Notes: a model not told the origin generated them from the sequence alone. Counted from the stretch's first letter, positions 1 through 14,453 are shown. The stretch: DNA of 64,000 bases from Psilocybe cubensis (GCA_017499595.2 CM039006.1:1674001-1738000), one strand, 5' to 3'. Numbers and translations: made by a program.

Positions 1-676
1 CGATTTTAAGGTCATATGCAGTGATATTCACGCATCTACCTGATCGAAAAAGCTGCCAGCGACCCTTGGACGGTGACCAGACATCATGTGGACGATGCAA
101 GAACCAGGGACCGTACATTTGCAAAGATATCTGATCCCCCAATAAAGTTCTTTTATATTTTGGAAGCTGGATTTTTGAACACTCTACCGCATTAAACACC
201 CTTCTGCTACAAATTCCATGTGCTGTAAGTTGCCCCTGCACATCCTAATGTTTCTTGCCTTACCTTTGAAACAAGTATGAATACCAATAAAGACGATGCA
301 ACCCAAATCAACAAACGAAAATCATTTACGTTCTGACATTGATAGCATACAGGCACCGCTGAACCACCAAATCCATCTGCGCTATGCATCCTAGCCTCTT
401 CGCCTCCTTTCTGTGGGTTTTTATGTACCTTGCATTCCCATGCCTTCCCATGCCTGTCCTACATGTCCGGTCCGCGCTCCATTGCTCCTTCACTTGCGTC
501 ATGATGGACAGCGTCAAGGCGCACATTTTTTCAAAGGTCTGCCATCTTCACGGACCGCGAAGAAGCCAACCGCTCCTCTATAAAGTCCTCCATTCGTACC
601 CGTGAACCTCGTCTCCAAGCTTGTGTAGCAGTCCCAACTTCGACCGAAAGCAACCTCGCTTAATTTTTTTTCAAAA

Positions 677-3600
677 ATGATCAAAGCACGCACTCTTCTA
701 TTGGCTCTGAGTCTCGCTTTGGTGGGGCTTGTAGATGTCGCGTCGGGGCAGACCACAGTGACAGTCAGCGCTACAGCGAGCCACCCTATCCCTAGCACGA
801 TGTGTAAGTCCATTTGCACGCATCATTGAACAGCTTCTCTAATCAATTTTCTCAATTGGCACACAAGGGGGACAAATGTTTGAGGTATGGACTTCCACTA
901 TTCATTCTTTTGACTTTGGATTGATTACAGCATCCAGGACATAAGCGTACGTGTTACGAGCAGCAATTCTCGACATGAACTAAAATATAATTTTCGCTCC
1001 ACTTGTCCATATAGAATGTGAGAGGAATTCTGGCTTGGAGTTACGTCTATCGAACTAACCCTACAAAAGAGTGGAGATGGAGGTTTATACGCAGAATGTA
1101 CGATTGTTTCTTTTCAGAATCTTTTTCACGTTCTTGATGAACATCAAATACAGTACTTCAGAATAGGGCTTTCCAGATGGTCACACCCGGTATGAATGTA
1201 CCAATACTTGCGAAACAAAGGGGCATACTGACGACTATTTCATCAAATTATTAACGAGAAGGAACAACCGCCGCACTTGCTGGCTGGAAATCCCTCAACG
1301 GAAACATCACTGTGGTCGCTGATTCAAATCCCGTATCTGCTGCTTTGCCAAACTCCCTTCAACTTACTGTCCCTGCTGGTAACACTAATAACATTGGGTT
1401 TGCAAATGTTGGTTTCAATGCGGGTGTGTCCATTTTGTCAGAATGACTGGAAACCTGTTTACAAAATCTTGCGTTTCTCTCCAGGGCTCAATGTTATTCC
1501 ACATGCAACATACAAGGCCTCATTCTACTACCGATTCCAAAAAGCTTCCAAATTCCGTGGTAGCTTCGTCATAAGTCTTCAGGACGGTTCTGGAACCACC
1601 CTTACCTCGCAAAAAGTTTCAATCACCGGCTCGCAGACGTCGTGGAAGCAGGTCAAAGTATCCCTGAATACAAACATTGCACCTGGATCGACAAGCAACA
1701 TGTTCGCTATCACATTAAATGGAGATTCGGCTGCAGGGGAGGTCATTAATTTTGCGATGCTTTCATTGTTCCCACCCACGTTCAAAAATAGAGAAAATGG
1801 GATGCGGCAAGATATAGCTCAGGTAATTCATGGTTCGGTGTCAGCGTATTTGTATCACCTTTAACGTCTATATAGGCGCTTGCAGATATGAAACCTTCTT
1901 TCTTCCGCCTTCCTGGAGGGAATAATTTGGAGGGACAGACTGTGAATACTCGTTGGCAATGGAATAATACCGTAAGTCCCAAACAAACTTTACCTCAAAT
2001 GTGTTGCCTAGGTTTTAAAACATCTTTTTGCTTAGCTTGGAGAGCTTGTTGACAGGCCAGGTAAACGATTAGTGCCTTAAAGTTTGATTTTGTCCCCTCT
2101 CAATACCGTTACAAGGTCGTTTCGGTGACTGGGGCTACGTCAATACCGAGTAAGGGCCTTTTGGGAGTAGACTTTCACTGGTATTGAACCGTTATACAGT
2201 GGTTTAGGACTTATGGAATATCTGCACTGGTGCGAGGACTTGGGAATGCAGGCAATTATGGCCGTCTGGGATGGTAAGATACACCTTCATTAAGCCACGC
2301 GTTTCACTAGCATTCTGAGCTTGCATGTGAACAGGGTATACCTTATCTGGAGCAAGCCTGGCTGAAAACCAACTTGCGCCTTATATCCAACAAGCTATTG
2401 ATCAGGTGAGCGTACTTTGGTTAAGTCATTGAAGGGTTACCGTGTTATTTATTCTCACTACTAGATAAATTTCGTAATTGGAGACCCTAAAAAGAGCGAG
2501 GCCGGTGAGTTATTTTCGAATTGAATGGTGGAGTGAATTATGATACTCAAGTGTCCGCCACTGCCCAGCTGCACTAAGAGCTTCCTTGGGTCATCCCGAC
2601 CCGTTCCCTCTCAAATACGTGGAAGTCGGAAATGAAGACTTCTTTGCGTCCGACACGTACGTATCATGGGCGAATACTAAGAAGGGTTTTAGCTCAATAT
2701 CATTTGGTTTTGTTGTCTTTGCAGGTACGTTTATAGATGGCGTGACTTCGTCACTGCATTGCAGGCAGAGTTCCCCGACATCCGTAAGTTCCATTCACTT
2801 CTGCAATATTTTCGCCAATTAAATATTTTCATCAGACTTTATTGCGACTTCTAACGCCTTCAATCCTATTCTTTCACCTAACCCAACTGAATACGATGTT
2901 CATGTATATCAGACACCTAGTACGTACCCAGCGGGCTCAGTCGCAATTTCATGTCAGTACGAACTAATTTCGTCCAGCGTGGTTTGCCCAGAACTCCTTC
3001 TATTATGACGGCTTTGAGGTTTGTTCTGCTTATCATTGTCTTGAAAAACTCTCACTTTGTGCTTTCCCATTTTAGCGAAACGGCACCAAATATTTTGAGG
3101 TCATTCAATTTTCCGTGGTCATTGAACATGCTTGTATTAATAGCCCGGCACTTAGGGAGAATACGCGGCTATCTCAACTAACCCTGATAACATATTTGGA
3201 TCTACTTCACAGGGTCGTCTGACCTTCCCAACCATGCAAAGTATGTTTTCGAAGTCACCAACATTGACAAGCCTCGCTGACTAAGAAGTACCTTGGTAGG
3301 TTCGGCAGGCGAAGCTGCCTTCATGACTGGATTGGAGCGCAACAGCGATATTGTGTATGTATCTCATTTATTCATCCATTTTCTCGTGGCTGATCTTGAT
3401 TTAGATTTGCTGCCTCATATGCCCCACTTCTAGGAGTGAGTCGCAAAAATTCCCCGAGCGACTGACAGGCGCTAACTAAAATAATAGCACGTTACACACA
3501 ATCAATGGGTAAGTCCCGTAAGATCCCCAGCCCGACTTCCTTATTGATATTCACTTCATATGGGATTCACAGACTCCGAATCTTCTTGCTTTTGAGTAAT

Positions 3601-4146
3601 GCAATCCGCAGTAAAAACGATTGAGAAGATGCTCACTATCAACGTTCTCTAGCGCTGGATCGGTCTATCGCTCCACAAGCTATTACGTCCAACAAGTAAG
3701 AAGCGCGTTAACCCACTTGGAATGTGCTAACATCTATTGCTCAGCTTTTCAGCTTGAACAGAGGTGATGAATACCTCCCGAGTACGCTACCGGAGCAGCT
3801 TGGGACGGTATTTTGGAGTGTAGTAAGGAACACATCGACAAAAGAAATTATCATCAAGGTGGGATCTCAGTGAAAACTCTTTGTATGGCAACATTCATTA
3901 TAGACACGTCCTTCTTAGATATCCAACACAGCGAGCACTCCTTCCGCTCTCACATTTGTCCTCCCGTTCAAAAACGTTGCCTCCAAAGGATCTTTGCAAC
4001 TTTTGACCGGCCCTGCAACGTCAAGCAACACCCCCACCAATCCCAACCTCTTCGCTCCAGTTACCAGCACAATTATAACTGGTGAAACTTTCAACTACAC
4101 GGCTCCCGCAGTCAGTGTCAACGTCATTACTATCAAAGCCTCCTAA
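677..4146 (+). CDS. Secreted GH51 alpha-L-arabinofuranosidase, very many short exons
   Basis: Signal peptide MIKARTLLLALSLALVG. Spliced motifs FEDISNSGDGGLYAELLQNRAFQ, FFRLPGGNNLEG, GLGLMEYLHWCED, YVEVGNEDFF, EAAFMTGLERNSD. Stop TAA at 4144-4146. Confidence 0.93.
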
Positions 4147-4785
4147 TTTTCGAACAAATGAGTTGATTGGAGGAAAGTATAACTACCCCTCTCTTGTACG
4201 AATTATATCGCTAGAACTCTATCCTTGAATCAATAGTGCTGTCAGTCAAGATATCAAAATAACTATCTATGTAGGTGTGTCCTAAAATACTTGTGCCTTG
4301 TGTCGCCAAGAAAATACAATTGGTGAACCTAAGCGCCTGCAGACCACATGTACTTCTACCGTCTACGCTGATGTGTAGCCTGTTTTCACGTGGAATTCAC
4401 ACGTTACAGTGTGTGCGAGACGTCAGATGTGTCGTTCAGCAACGGGATAGAGGATTGAAAGTGAAAATCTCAATTCATGTGTTGCTATTTTAGCATATCA
4501 ACTGGTTTGGGCGTCTAACCCGGCGCGATCGCAATGTCCGTGGCACCTGACTTGACATTCCCTTGAGCCTTATTATAAGACGCTGACGGCTTATATTCAC
4601 CCATACTTAACCACTTTCCCACTTTATCTCTTGATTATCGCCTCCAGCATCATTTCAGATACTAGTAACGCTTTACTCGTCCAGGAAGATTAGCCTATAC
4701 GTCAGGAAAGGTACGTCAATGACGTCCGTATCTCAAATCATCTGGCGTACTAGTTATTTATGTATTCTGTAGGTAGTCTAACGCG

Positions 4786-7135
4786 ATGGCTGAGAGAACG
4801 GACTATAGTGGCTCTCTCTCTGGGAGTGCTATTGTGTACGTTGTTTTACTACCACATCGGATCTGACTCTCACTTTCAAATGACGTAGCATGTCCGAGCC
4901 CCAAACAGACGACAACTCTGCTACTCAGTGGCAGTAAGTACACTTCCATCACTTTATTTTCCACAGTGAACCTTATCACCCATTAGCCATGGCCCGATCA
5001 CCTCGAGACTATTCGCTTTGATTATCGGCATTAATACATACGATGATTCCAAGTACTTTTTTAATCTGCGAGGCGCCCGGGCAGATGCGCTTCGTCTCAA
5101 GGCGTACTTGGAGGAAAGCCTCCTGGTTCCAGAAACTCACATAAAACTTCTACTGGACAAGCAAGCCAGTCGACAGAAAATCCTGGAAACCTTAGAGGAA
5201 CTGGCCAACGATAAACGCATCGTCAGAGATGATCCGCTACTCATATTTTTTGCTGGTCATGGGACAGAGATCGAAGATGTGGTGGACGGGGAGAAAAGCA
5301 AGATACAAATGATTGTCCCAGCTGATTACATTGCCATCCCCGATTTCATTATTGGCAGGCTACTTGACTACATTGCTGATAACAAAGGCAACAACATCGT
5401 ATGTGCCAAAAGACACCACGTCACATGGCCTTTATGTTGACTTCCTGCTATCCCCCAGACTGTAATTTTTGATTGCTGCAATTCTGCATCGGGCACACGC
5501 GGCTCGATTGTCACCAGCAACCCATCCGCTCCCTTGACTCGCGCTATTGATCCAAGCCATGTCAAATATAAGAAAGACCTCGACCAGGTGTTGCTACGGA
5601 GAATTCGACGAGCGACACAGGATGGACTTAGAAAGTTGGGAGTACAATCGCACATGCTACTAGCAGCCTGCCAATCCTCCGAAGAAGCCAGAGAAAAAAA
5701 CGGCTTCGGTGTTTTCAGTTCTGCATTGCTAAATCTCTTTAAAGCCAAACCACCGACCATCCTCCGATACTGCGATATTCTTGACCAGATGGATGTTATA
5801 TTAGGGTGAGTCGATCCGTAGCTCTATGTATAACGTGAAAAAGTAAGAAATGGCATGCTTACCCATTTCTTCTGCCACAGGCAAAATCCTCAATGCCAAG
5901 GCCCCTTCCAGGACAGGATGTTATTCGACGGAAAATGCAAAACTCGCTCCATCAAAAGCAAATTCAAGGTTCAAACTGGGCCCTTCCGAGATCCAATGTC
6001 AAATATGACCATCCACGCAGGTAGCGCCCACGGAGTCACTAATGGTGCCGTGTTCGAGGTTTATGACTCTGTGGATGCCTCATTCACACGGCCCCTGGCA
6101 AGGGCCACCGTTCAACCAGTGATCAGGGCATTTTGTTCCCCTGCAATCTTGGATCCAGGACACTCCCTACACAAATATGATTCCAAAACGCTTGTCGCCA
6201 TCCAAGTCAGATCCGGAGAGAAGGAAGCCCTTCGTCTATACGTACCTCCTGGTGATCCTTTCCGCAAAATCTATTCCGACGCGATTTAAAGTCAACCCGG
6301 TCGCGACAATGGGTTATCCTGCATTGTACTTACCGATCACAAGGACGAGACCACCAAGTTACAGGCTACGATGAACGCTGCTAATGATGTCGTATTCGAG
6401 TTGTGCGACGAAGCGGTAACAAAATATGGGGTTTCGAGGCGTTTCCCTCCAGTACCTACTGATGATGGCCACACGCTCCCCTGGGTCTTGAATAGGGTTG
6501 CGCACTACTTCTCGGAATTGAACCGCCGAAACGTCAATTCCCAACTGGCTGAGAAGGTCACAGTAGAATTCTATAAATTACAGGAACTCGATGATGACAC
6601 CGACGAGTTGGAAAAGGTTGAACCAAACCTTTGCAAGGGCAACATTATCGATTTTGTGGTTGAAGATGGTTCTCCATATGGAATCAAGCTAAGAAATAAG
6701 AGCGATCATGACCTCTATCCATATGTGTTCCAGTTCGGAAGTGATCTGTCTATCTGTATGTCTCTTTCACAACACGGGAATATGGATTGATCTGACACAG
6801 TCGAAGATGAATATTTCCAAAGTTCAAAACCAGGGATCACGTATAAGGTTGAACCGACCTTGAAAAAGCACGACGAGATCACCCTTGGATTTGGCCCCAA
6901 CAACTATGCAGAGCCATGTTCATGTGTGCTCGAGGACAGTCAGAACACCGACGTCACTTTTCTGAAAATATTCTTGTCAACCACAGCTCTAGATCTTAAT
7001 CACATCAAGCAAGAAACTCCCTTCGAAACTACCCGTGCCCTGAAGACATGCACAAAGCCACGTAAGGATAAATGGGATGCCCTTACGATACCAATAATCC
7101 AACGCAGGGCAGGTACTTCTTCTACCTATAGCTGA
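4786..7135 (+). pseudogene. Metacaspase (peptidase C14) domain protein with long C-terminal extension; in-frame TAA at 6287-6289 (pseudogene, truncated allele, or stop removed by an intron)
   Basis: LFALIIGINTY...LRGARADA, IFFAGHG (catalytic His) and VIFDCCNS (catalytic Cys). ORFs 5855..6289 and 6371..6790 are in the same frame, separated by a single TAA. Confidence 0.75.
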
Positions 7136-7617
7136 ATGGCGGGTTCCGCCCCCGCTGAAGGATATATAATCGATCGTGCGATGGATTGTAAAATAACCAA
7201 ATCAGACAAGCTTGAAGTAGGTTCCTGTCGGAGGGATAAACTCACTGACACCATGATTATGTTTACGATAAAAATGTATGTTTCGAAACCTGCCCAATGT
7301 TTACTGTCATCTCAACATTGATCCCCATCGAGCGCACCACCAGTCATGAATACCATCTCGTGCCTTTTAATCACCGCACTGTCGGCCTCCGAAACCTGCC
7401 CAATGCTTCTTTGTCGTCTACACCATCGTCACACTCGCCGGCCTGCAGAATTCTCTGGCTAGTGCCATCGGGGGCACAAATGCTTTACAATCTCGCGTTC
7501 CGTGGATCGAGGGACTGACTTGGAAAGATATACAACATCTTTGAATACGAATTCCGACGACTTTGAAGTTTGATGGAAAGCAGAAAGCTTGTTCCATTGC
7601 ATAATCTATACTTTTCA

Positions 7618-8025
7618 TTACAATGGCTCTGCAGCCGAGATATACAGTACTATGAAGAACAAGAGTTAGAATGAAAATAATTAAAGAGTTTAATGGCTAT
7701 ACCATTGTTTCCTCGAACAAAAGTGTCTCCATATCGGTTCGTGATCACCCCATTGACATGTTCTTCTGTCTGCTCGAGAGCGATGTTCATGAACCCATCC
7801 AAGCAGGATAAAACACCTTGAAACAGGTTCAAATATCATCTATCAACGCGATAGAATTGACAACGTACCTCTGTAATCCACACCAGAAGTCAACCGAACG
7901 ACAACCCGCTTTCCGACAACACCCTTCAAAAAATCGGTAGGCGACCCTGTATGTGACTGAGGCGGAGGTGGAGGAGGAGATTGGGATTGACGAGACGGCG
8001 ATGGTGGCCTCGGGCTCTCGTCCAT
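7618..8025 (-). CDS. LSM6: U6 snRNA-associated Sm-like protein LSm6
   Basis: SPTDFLKGVVGKRVVVRLTSGVDYRG|VLSCLDGFMNIALEQTEEHVNG...YGDTFVRGNN|VLYISA; two introns. Confidence 0.95.
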
Positions 8026-8906
8026 GGCGTTGAATCAAAACTGCGTCGTAGGTTGTGAAGAATGTGGTGGTCGATGTCGAAGATTTGCTGCAAGACACCA
8101 TTGTTGAAATTTGGGCCAATATTTACACAAAATCTGTGTCCGTAAGAGGTAAGTTGTGATATTTTCACAAACCTTCCAGAACTGGTTTGAAATTCTCCCA
8201 AATAAGGACAAAATAAGGGCCAAACTCTTGTTTGATTTCTATTCAACCTGCAATTCATTCTGACACCTTGATCTGGTATTTCATGTATAAGACAACTTCA
8301 AGGTTCATATTTTATTCAAAATGTAGGAGAAATTTCTACGTTGAATTCCATTTAGACTATCTGAGCAAGATATGAGTCTTTCGTAGAAGTCAGTCTTGTA
8401 TTCGGAGAATCCCGACGTGTTATACCCTCAAAACGAGTCTTACATGTAATTACACTCGATATATAAGTACACGGGCTAATAATTTATTTGTCTCATGGGT
8501 CGTAGTCTGATACTGAGAATAGTAGTGGCATGTAGTTAGAAGTATAGATGACAAGGGTGACGTCCAGCAGATAGCACCAATCTATGAGTATACCGAAGTA
8601 CTAGGTTGAATGTTTGTTGAATGCTGCCTAATATTCATTGACATCTTGATGCCGTCCTACGGTAGCAATATCACAGAAAGTAACACTCGAAAATTACTCT
8701 GGAATCGATTTTTTTTTTAAAAAAATTACTCTGGAATACTTACCAATGTAATATATTGTGGTACCTTGCCGTTACATTGTCACAAGTGCTATCTTAATCT
8801 ACCAGGAGCTCCCCGATTCCTTGATGGTTGCGCCCATCAATCACCTCAACTGGACAGCCATGGCCAGCGACGGGTGTGAATACATCCTCTTCCGCTTTCC
8901 CTCATA

Positions 8907-10342
8907 ATGAACCTCTTTAGCAGGAAGAAAATTCCACAAAAAGACACAAACCAGGAGGAAAATGAAGGCCAGAAGCGCCCTGCTAGTACGTAGTTGTCCA
9001 AGAGTCGTTCACCCCATAATCTAAATTGCAACTACAGATACTGCTTTTAAGCAACAGAGGCTCAAAGCATGGCAGCCCATCCTGGCTCCAAAGACGGTTC
9101 TGCCCCTAGTGTTGCTTCTTGGTCTTTTATTCGTGCCCATCGCTGTCTTACTCATCTGGGGTTCGTCCCTCGTGACGGAGATTGCGATTGACTACACGGA
9201 ATGCGAAAACCAGTCGGCGTCGTCGTCAAACAGCTCCCTCAATTTCGTCAATATCCCATCGAACAAATATTCCTACAAACTTCGTTCTAAAGATGCAAAA
9301 GAATCCCACGAAATTTCCACACCTCGTTATGCATTTCTTGACAATACCAACAATGCCACCGTAACGGATGTTTCTGACAAGAAACAATGTGCTATTCAAT
9401 TCCAAATTCCTGCAGACCTTGAGCCATCCGTTCTTCTCTACTACAAACTTACAAACTTTTACCAAAATCATCGTCGCTACGTAAAGAGTTTGAATTCCAA
9501 ACAACTAAAAGGCAAATTTGTCAGTGCTACAGATCTTGACAAAAGCGACTGCAAGCCTCTCTCTTCCATAGACGGCAAGGCTATATATCCATGTGGTCTT
9601 ATCGCGAATTCTGTATTCAACGGTTTGTTGACCATGGTCGTATTTTCAAACGCTTAAATCTGACAAAACTACATCAGACACATTTTCCAACCCAGTGTTG
9701 CTCAACCCATCCGGGTCCTCGCAATCGTCTCAGACCTACGAGCTCTCTTCAAGAAATATTGCATGGCCCGGAGAGGCAAATAAATATGTTTCATCACCTA
9801 TTATCCCTGGTGGCTATTCTAGCTTTGATGAGATTGTCCCCCCTCCTAACTGGCACAACCGCTTTCCAAATAATTATACCAAGGAAAATCCCCCTCCCGA
9901 CCTCCACAATGACGAGCGCTTCCAGAACTGGATGCGAACTGCGGGGCTTCCTACCTTTACAAAACTCTATGGCAGAAATGACAACGACACGATGCAAAAG
10001 GGTACATACCAAATAATTGTTGGACTAAGTGCGTAAAGTTGATCCCCAAAATACTGCATGATTATGACCTTGCTTGTAGATTTCCCCGTCCTTTCATACA
10101 AAGGAACTAAATCGATTGTTATATCCACTGTCTCATGGTCTGGTGGAAAGGGCAATTTCTTGGGATGGTCGTACATTGCTGCAGCAGTAGTTTATCTTTT
10201 GCTCGCAGTTTTCGGCGCCGCCCGTCAGCTCATTAAACCAAGGTCAGATTTTTGCATATTGCCAGAAGAATTCACTTAACATGATGACAGGCGTATTGGA
10301 GATATATCTCATCTGTCATGGAATCAACAAAAGATCCTATGA
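8907..10342 (+). CDS. CDC50: CDC50/LEM3 family flippase beta subunit
   Basis: KRPANTAFKQQRLKAWQP, YYKLTNFYQNHRRYVKS, IYPCGLIANSVFND, FQNWMRTAGLPTFTKLYG, GGKGNFLG. Confidence 0.95.
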
Positions 10343-10764
10343 TGTTCCTGTAACGCACGCCCCTAATTGTTGTTTACACACACTTGATATTGGTCTGGCC
10401 GATGATCGATGATGACTTACTAGTACGAAGTTTTCACCGATTGTAACATGAGATCTTAGTTTTGTACTCGTAGACGACCAATATACGATTGGTGCTGGTT
10501 TACATTGTGAGAAACGCGTGTTTCATGTTTTTCTGAAACTTTATTCTTCTTCCCTCTTTTTTCTCTTTTTTTCTTCATTTTCCTCTTTCGACACCCACAC
10601 CTATGAACGGAAAACCTGTAAGGTCTCTTGTAAAGCGTTGTTTTTTACATGTTGGTTCTCATCTTCACAATAAACCATCTTATCTTATCTATAGATTGCA
10701 TAATGTAATCGCTAACCCCGTCGGGTTTAACTTGGTTTTTATTTCGCACTAACGCACTCCAATC

Positions 10765-12015
10765 ATGGACGTCGATCTCCCATACAAAGTTCAATCCATC
10801 GCTGAATTGCCAGGCTAGTTTCTCCCTTATTTTTCACAAAAATCCTTTTGTTAAGCCCCAATGGAATACAGGTCACGAAGACCGTGCCTGGCACGTAGCT
10901 TGGAACCCGGCAAAACCATTGCTTGCATCTTGTTCAGCTGACAAAACCGTCCGACTCTATTCCTATGCCTCCAGCTCAAATGAAGCAACCCCGGGACTCG
11001 AATTTCAATTGATAACTAGCATACCAACAGGGCATGCGAAGACAGTGCGCTCCGTCGCGTGGGCGCCTGCAGGCCAGACACTTGCGACCGCATCGTTCGA
11101 TTCCAACATCGGGATATGGGAAAAGGAAGCGGATGAGTGGGAGTGTATAAGCACACTAGAAGGACATGAAACGGAATGCAAGTGTATCGCATACTCCGCT
11201 TCCGGGACGCTATTGGCGAGCTGCAGCAGGGATAAGACCGTCTGGATCTGGGAAGGTATGTCTATCATATCCCCCTGTTACTGTTAATATCGTTCAACTT
11301 TGACCACCCATAGTACACCCTGACGGCGATTTCGAAACCATTTCTGTTCTTATGGAACACACTCAAGACGTAAAATTTGTCAGCTGGCATCCGATAGAGG
11401 AGATTCTTGCCTCTGCTTCTTACGACGACACAATCAAGCTTTACATCGAAGATCCCTCTGACGACTGGTATTGCTTTTCTACGCTATCTGGGCACACTTC
11501 AACAGTGTGGTCTCTAGCATGGTCCCCGGGGACCAGCAGCTACCTCGCATCGTCAAGCGACGATAAGACCGTGCGAGTCTGGAGGCGAGTCGCTGAGCAT
11601 AAATGGGAGTGCGTGCTGGTGCTCGGAGGCCATGATAGGAGCGTGTACAGCGTCAGCTGGAATAAGGCCCCCAAATCCGTCCGAAAATCTACCCCTGGTT
11701 GTCTTGGTTGGTTGGCGAGTGCAGGTGGGGACGGGAAGGTTCTTATATGGGAGCTCTCGGTACGTGGATATTCTACTCTACCCCAATGATCTATTCTCAT
11801 CTCGCACACAGGAACCCATCTTGGAGGATAACACAAGCGGAAATGTCAGTCTTCTTCCACCTCGGCATAAACTGATTGCATCAATACCGTCAGCGCACGG
11901 TGTACACGATGTTAACTCGGTTGTTTGGTGTCCTCGAGAAGGATATGAAGACCTGCTAGCTACCACCGGCGACGATGGCTACACACGCGTGTGGAAAATT
12001 GTCCCTACGACATGA
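10765..12015 (+). CDS. CIA1: Cytosolic Fe-S assembly WD40 protein Cia1
   Basis: [61 protein letters not shown]. The first intron appears to use a GC donor (10814). Confidence 0.95.
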
Positions 12016-12661
12016 CGTAGCCGTACACAAAAAATGAATAGATGTTATCTAGAGGTCAAGCTATGCTGCCGAACGACGTCGGGATGCTTCCCAGGATAGA
12101 GCAGTTGCCCAATGCCCTCAACAGAACTGTTGGGACCTTTATTACTTGCAGGGATTTATGGTGAAGAGGCTTCGTAGAGTAGCATGACGCAGTATAAATA
12201 GACGGCAATTAATAAGCGCCCTACCACCGCAGAACTTTATGGCGCCTGCGACAGATACTCCCAACCGTTACGACATATATATATACCAACCAAGAAACTT
12301 GCCACATATTTGTACTTCATCTGAACCGTGAGGCTTGACTTGGCGTCGGCCTCCAATAAACGTTTTTTTAAGGTGGTGACTGGGATAGATGTAGATCGAG
12401 TTTGATCAAGAAACAATCAGCTTACCTGGATTCCTCAGCAAGGCTCAGATAAAGCCACGGTCCTCCTGGTTACAGCAAAGGGGCACAATACCAAAAGGCG
12501 ACTCTAACAATGTCGCATAAATCCGCACAAGACCAGTATCACACTCCTACGGCATCGCCTGCGTATTTTACGTGACATGCAATTCAGTTTGACCGTGTTC
12601 GACGGGAGTGCTGCTCCGCCATGGTGTATTATCAATTAGGCGAAGGGATAGTGAGCTCTGG

Positions 12662-13540
12662 CTAAAAATAGTTGAACATGATCCCAACACCCAATACCCC
12701 AAGCAAAGAAGTGAAGGTGTTCGTTCCGATTGTTGTCGCTGCGCTAGTCGGAGAGGGTGACGCTCCTGTGGAAGTCTTCGAGGATTGGGTACCAGCGGAA
12801 TTGGATGTTTGAGCGTCATCTGGGACAGTGTAGCTATGCATCACCACATCATCAGTTCCTTCGTAACGGGAAAGTATAGCACGGCATACATAAAATTAGC
12901 CATAGCGAAGGTAAGGAACTTGCCATCTGGATCCACGGTCATATTGCGATTCGGAGAGGGACCTTTGATGCTAAGGCGTATAGTGTGTTCGACATTTGGG
13001 TCGAGATTCGTGGCAGAGAAAAGAGGTGCACAGGTGAATGGAAGTGAGTCTACAACACCATCGACATCTTTGGAGGTCCCGTCCAGATCGACGGTGTAAA
13101 CGGGCGAAAGAGAGTTAAGAACACCCGTGATATAAATCCCAGAACCTATGATCCACGAATCCAGGTCAAGCTATAGAACTCTTTATGCACGAATGCAAAA
13201 AATACCTTTAAACTTATAGGATGCAGATGAATCCGCGCTCTGGCCTGCTGCAATGCTATCTGAACAGTTTGATGGCAAATTGTAGCAACCTGCTTGTCCA
13301 GCTACAACATTTCCATTTGAATCGATCCTACAGATGTTGGCGTCACCGGTCCCAGGACCATACTAATCAACAGATATAAAGGTTCTTTAGCTTCAGTTCA
13401 TGATATTAAATGGAGAAAAGGGGGTATGCCTGAATGGTAGGATCGGTGACGGGTACGGTGATGTTCTTTTGTGCTGTAACGACAGCCGCCAACGAAAGAA
13501 AGGCAGCAAAGATGACTGGCTTTACATTAAATGTGTACAT
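12662..13540 (-). CDS. Secreted, probably GPI-anchored cell-surface protein with Ser/Thr-rich stalk
   Basis: Signal peptide MYTFNVKPVIFAAFLSLAAVVTAQ, Cys-containing beta-rich core (GSGIYITG...YTVDLDG), S/T-rich linker and hydrophobic C-terminus LLGVLGVGIMFNYF; four exons. Confidence 0.8.
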
Positions 13541-14453
13541 GTTTGAAGAGAAGATAAAAAGAATGTGATTGAGAGAGTGGATGGAGCGCAAAAGAGAACC
13601 TGGTCGTTAACAGACGAAACGTATGATGGTGGTATGAAACTGAAAGGGACTCGACAACGATTTGCAATGAAATTCACCAAGTTTACATGTGATCCAATAC
13701 AATTGATGGCATCACAGACTTGGCCGCTTTACGGCAAACAGAGGCCTCGTTGAATAGTCAAAAGGCGGCCCTGTTGGCTGAGGGATTTGAAGTGGGCGTT
13801 GGCAGAACTGCATATTGCGGTACTCATCACCCGCGCGGATATCCAGTCCGAGGAAGGAGTGGTGAGGCTAGCGGTGAGAGTGAAGGAATCATCCGCGAAA
13901 TTTCTCCATAACGACTCGATTGAAAACTGCCCCAGGGTACTTCTCCTCCAGAAGCGTGTTCCTCCACACAAGGTATCGTCTTTGGGAGAAGTTGCGAAAT
14001 TTCGTTCGTACCTGCATCATGATCTCGTTCGAGTCTCATCCAACAGAAAGGCCGGCATTAACAATAGATCTGGCTCTTGAGCGCCAGATGAGCGCTCATT
14101 ACATTTACACTGATAAACTTCTGGAAGACTTCGCTATATCAGGCACAAAACACATAAACGGAAATCAGTAAAAATCTACAAATTATGCTGCATCTTGCCT
14201 GTAGGTCTTCCAGGTTCCTCCAGGTAGTAGGGTGTCGTGTGTAACTTACGGCATGCTGACCCAACTTTAAGTCCTCCGAATCATGTTCAGAACTTGACTA
14301 CAACCGGTGGAGACGGTCAAGGTGCTACATATAAACCAGTGCAAACAGCCTCGCAAGTGCGCATGCATTTAATGCCGATATCAATTGTACAATCATTTGT
14401 TTGAAGTCCACTACTGGCAAAGTCATCCCAGTTCACCTTTACTGTCAAATCCA

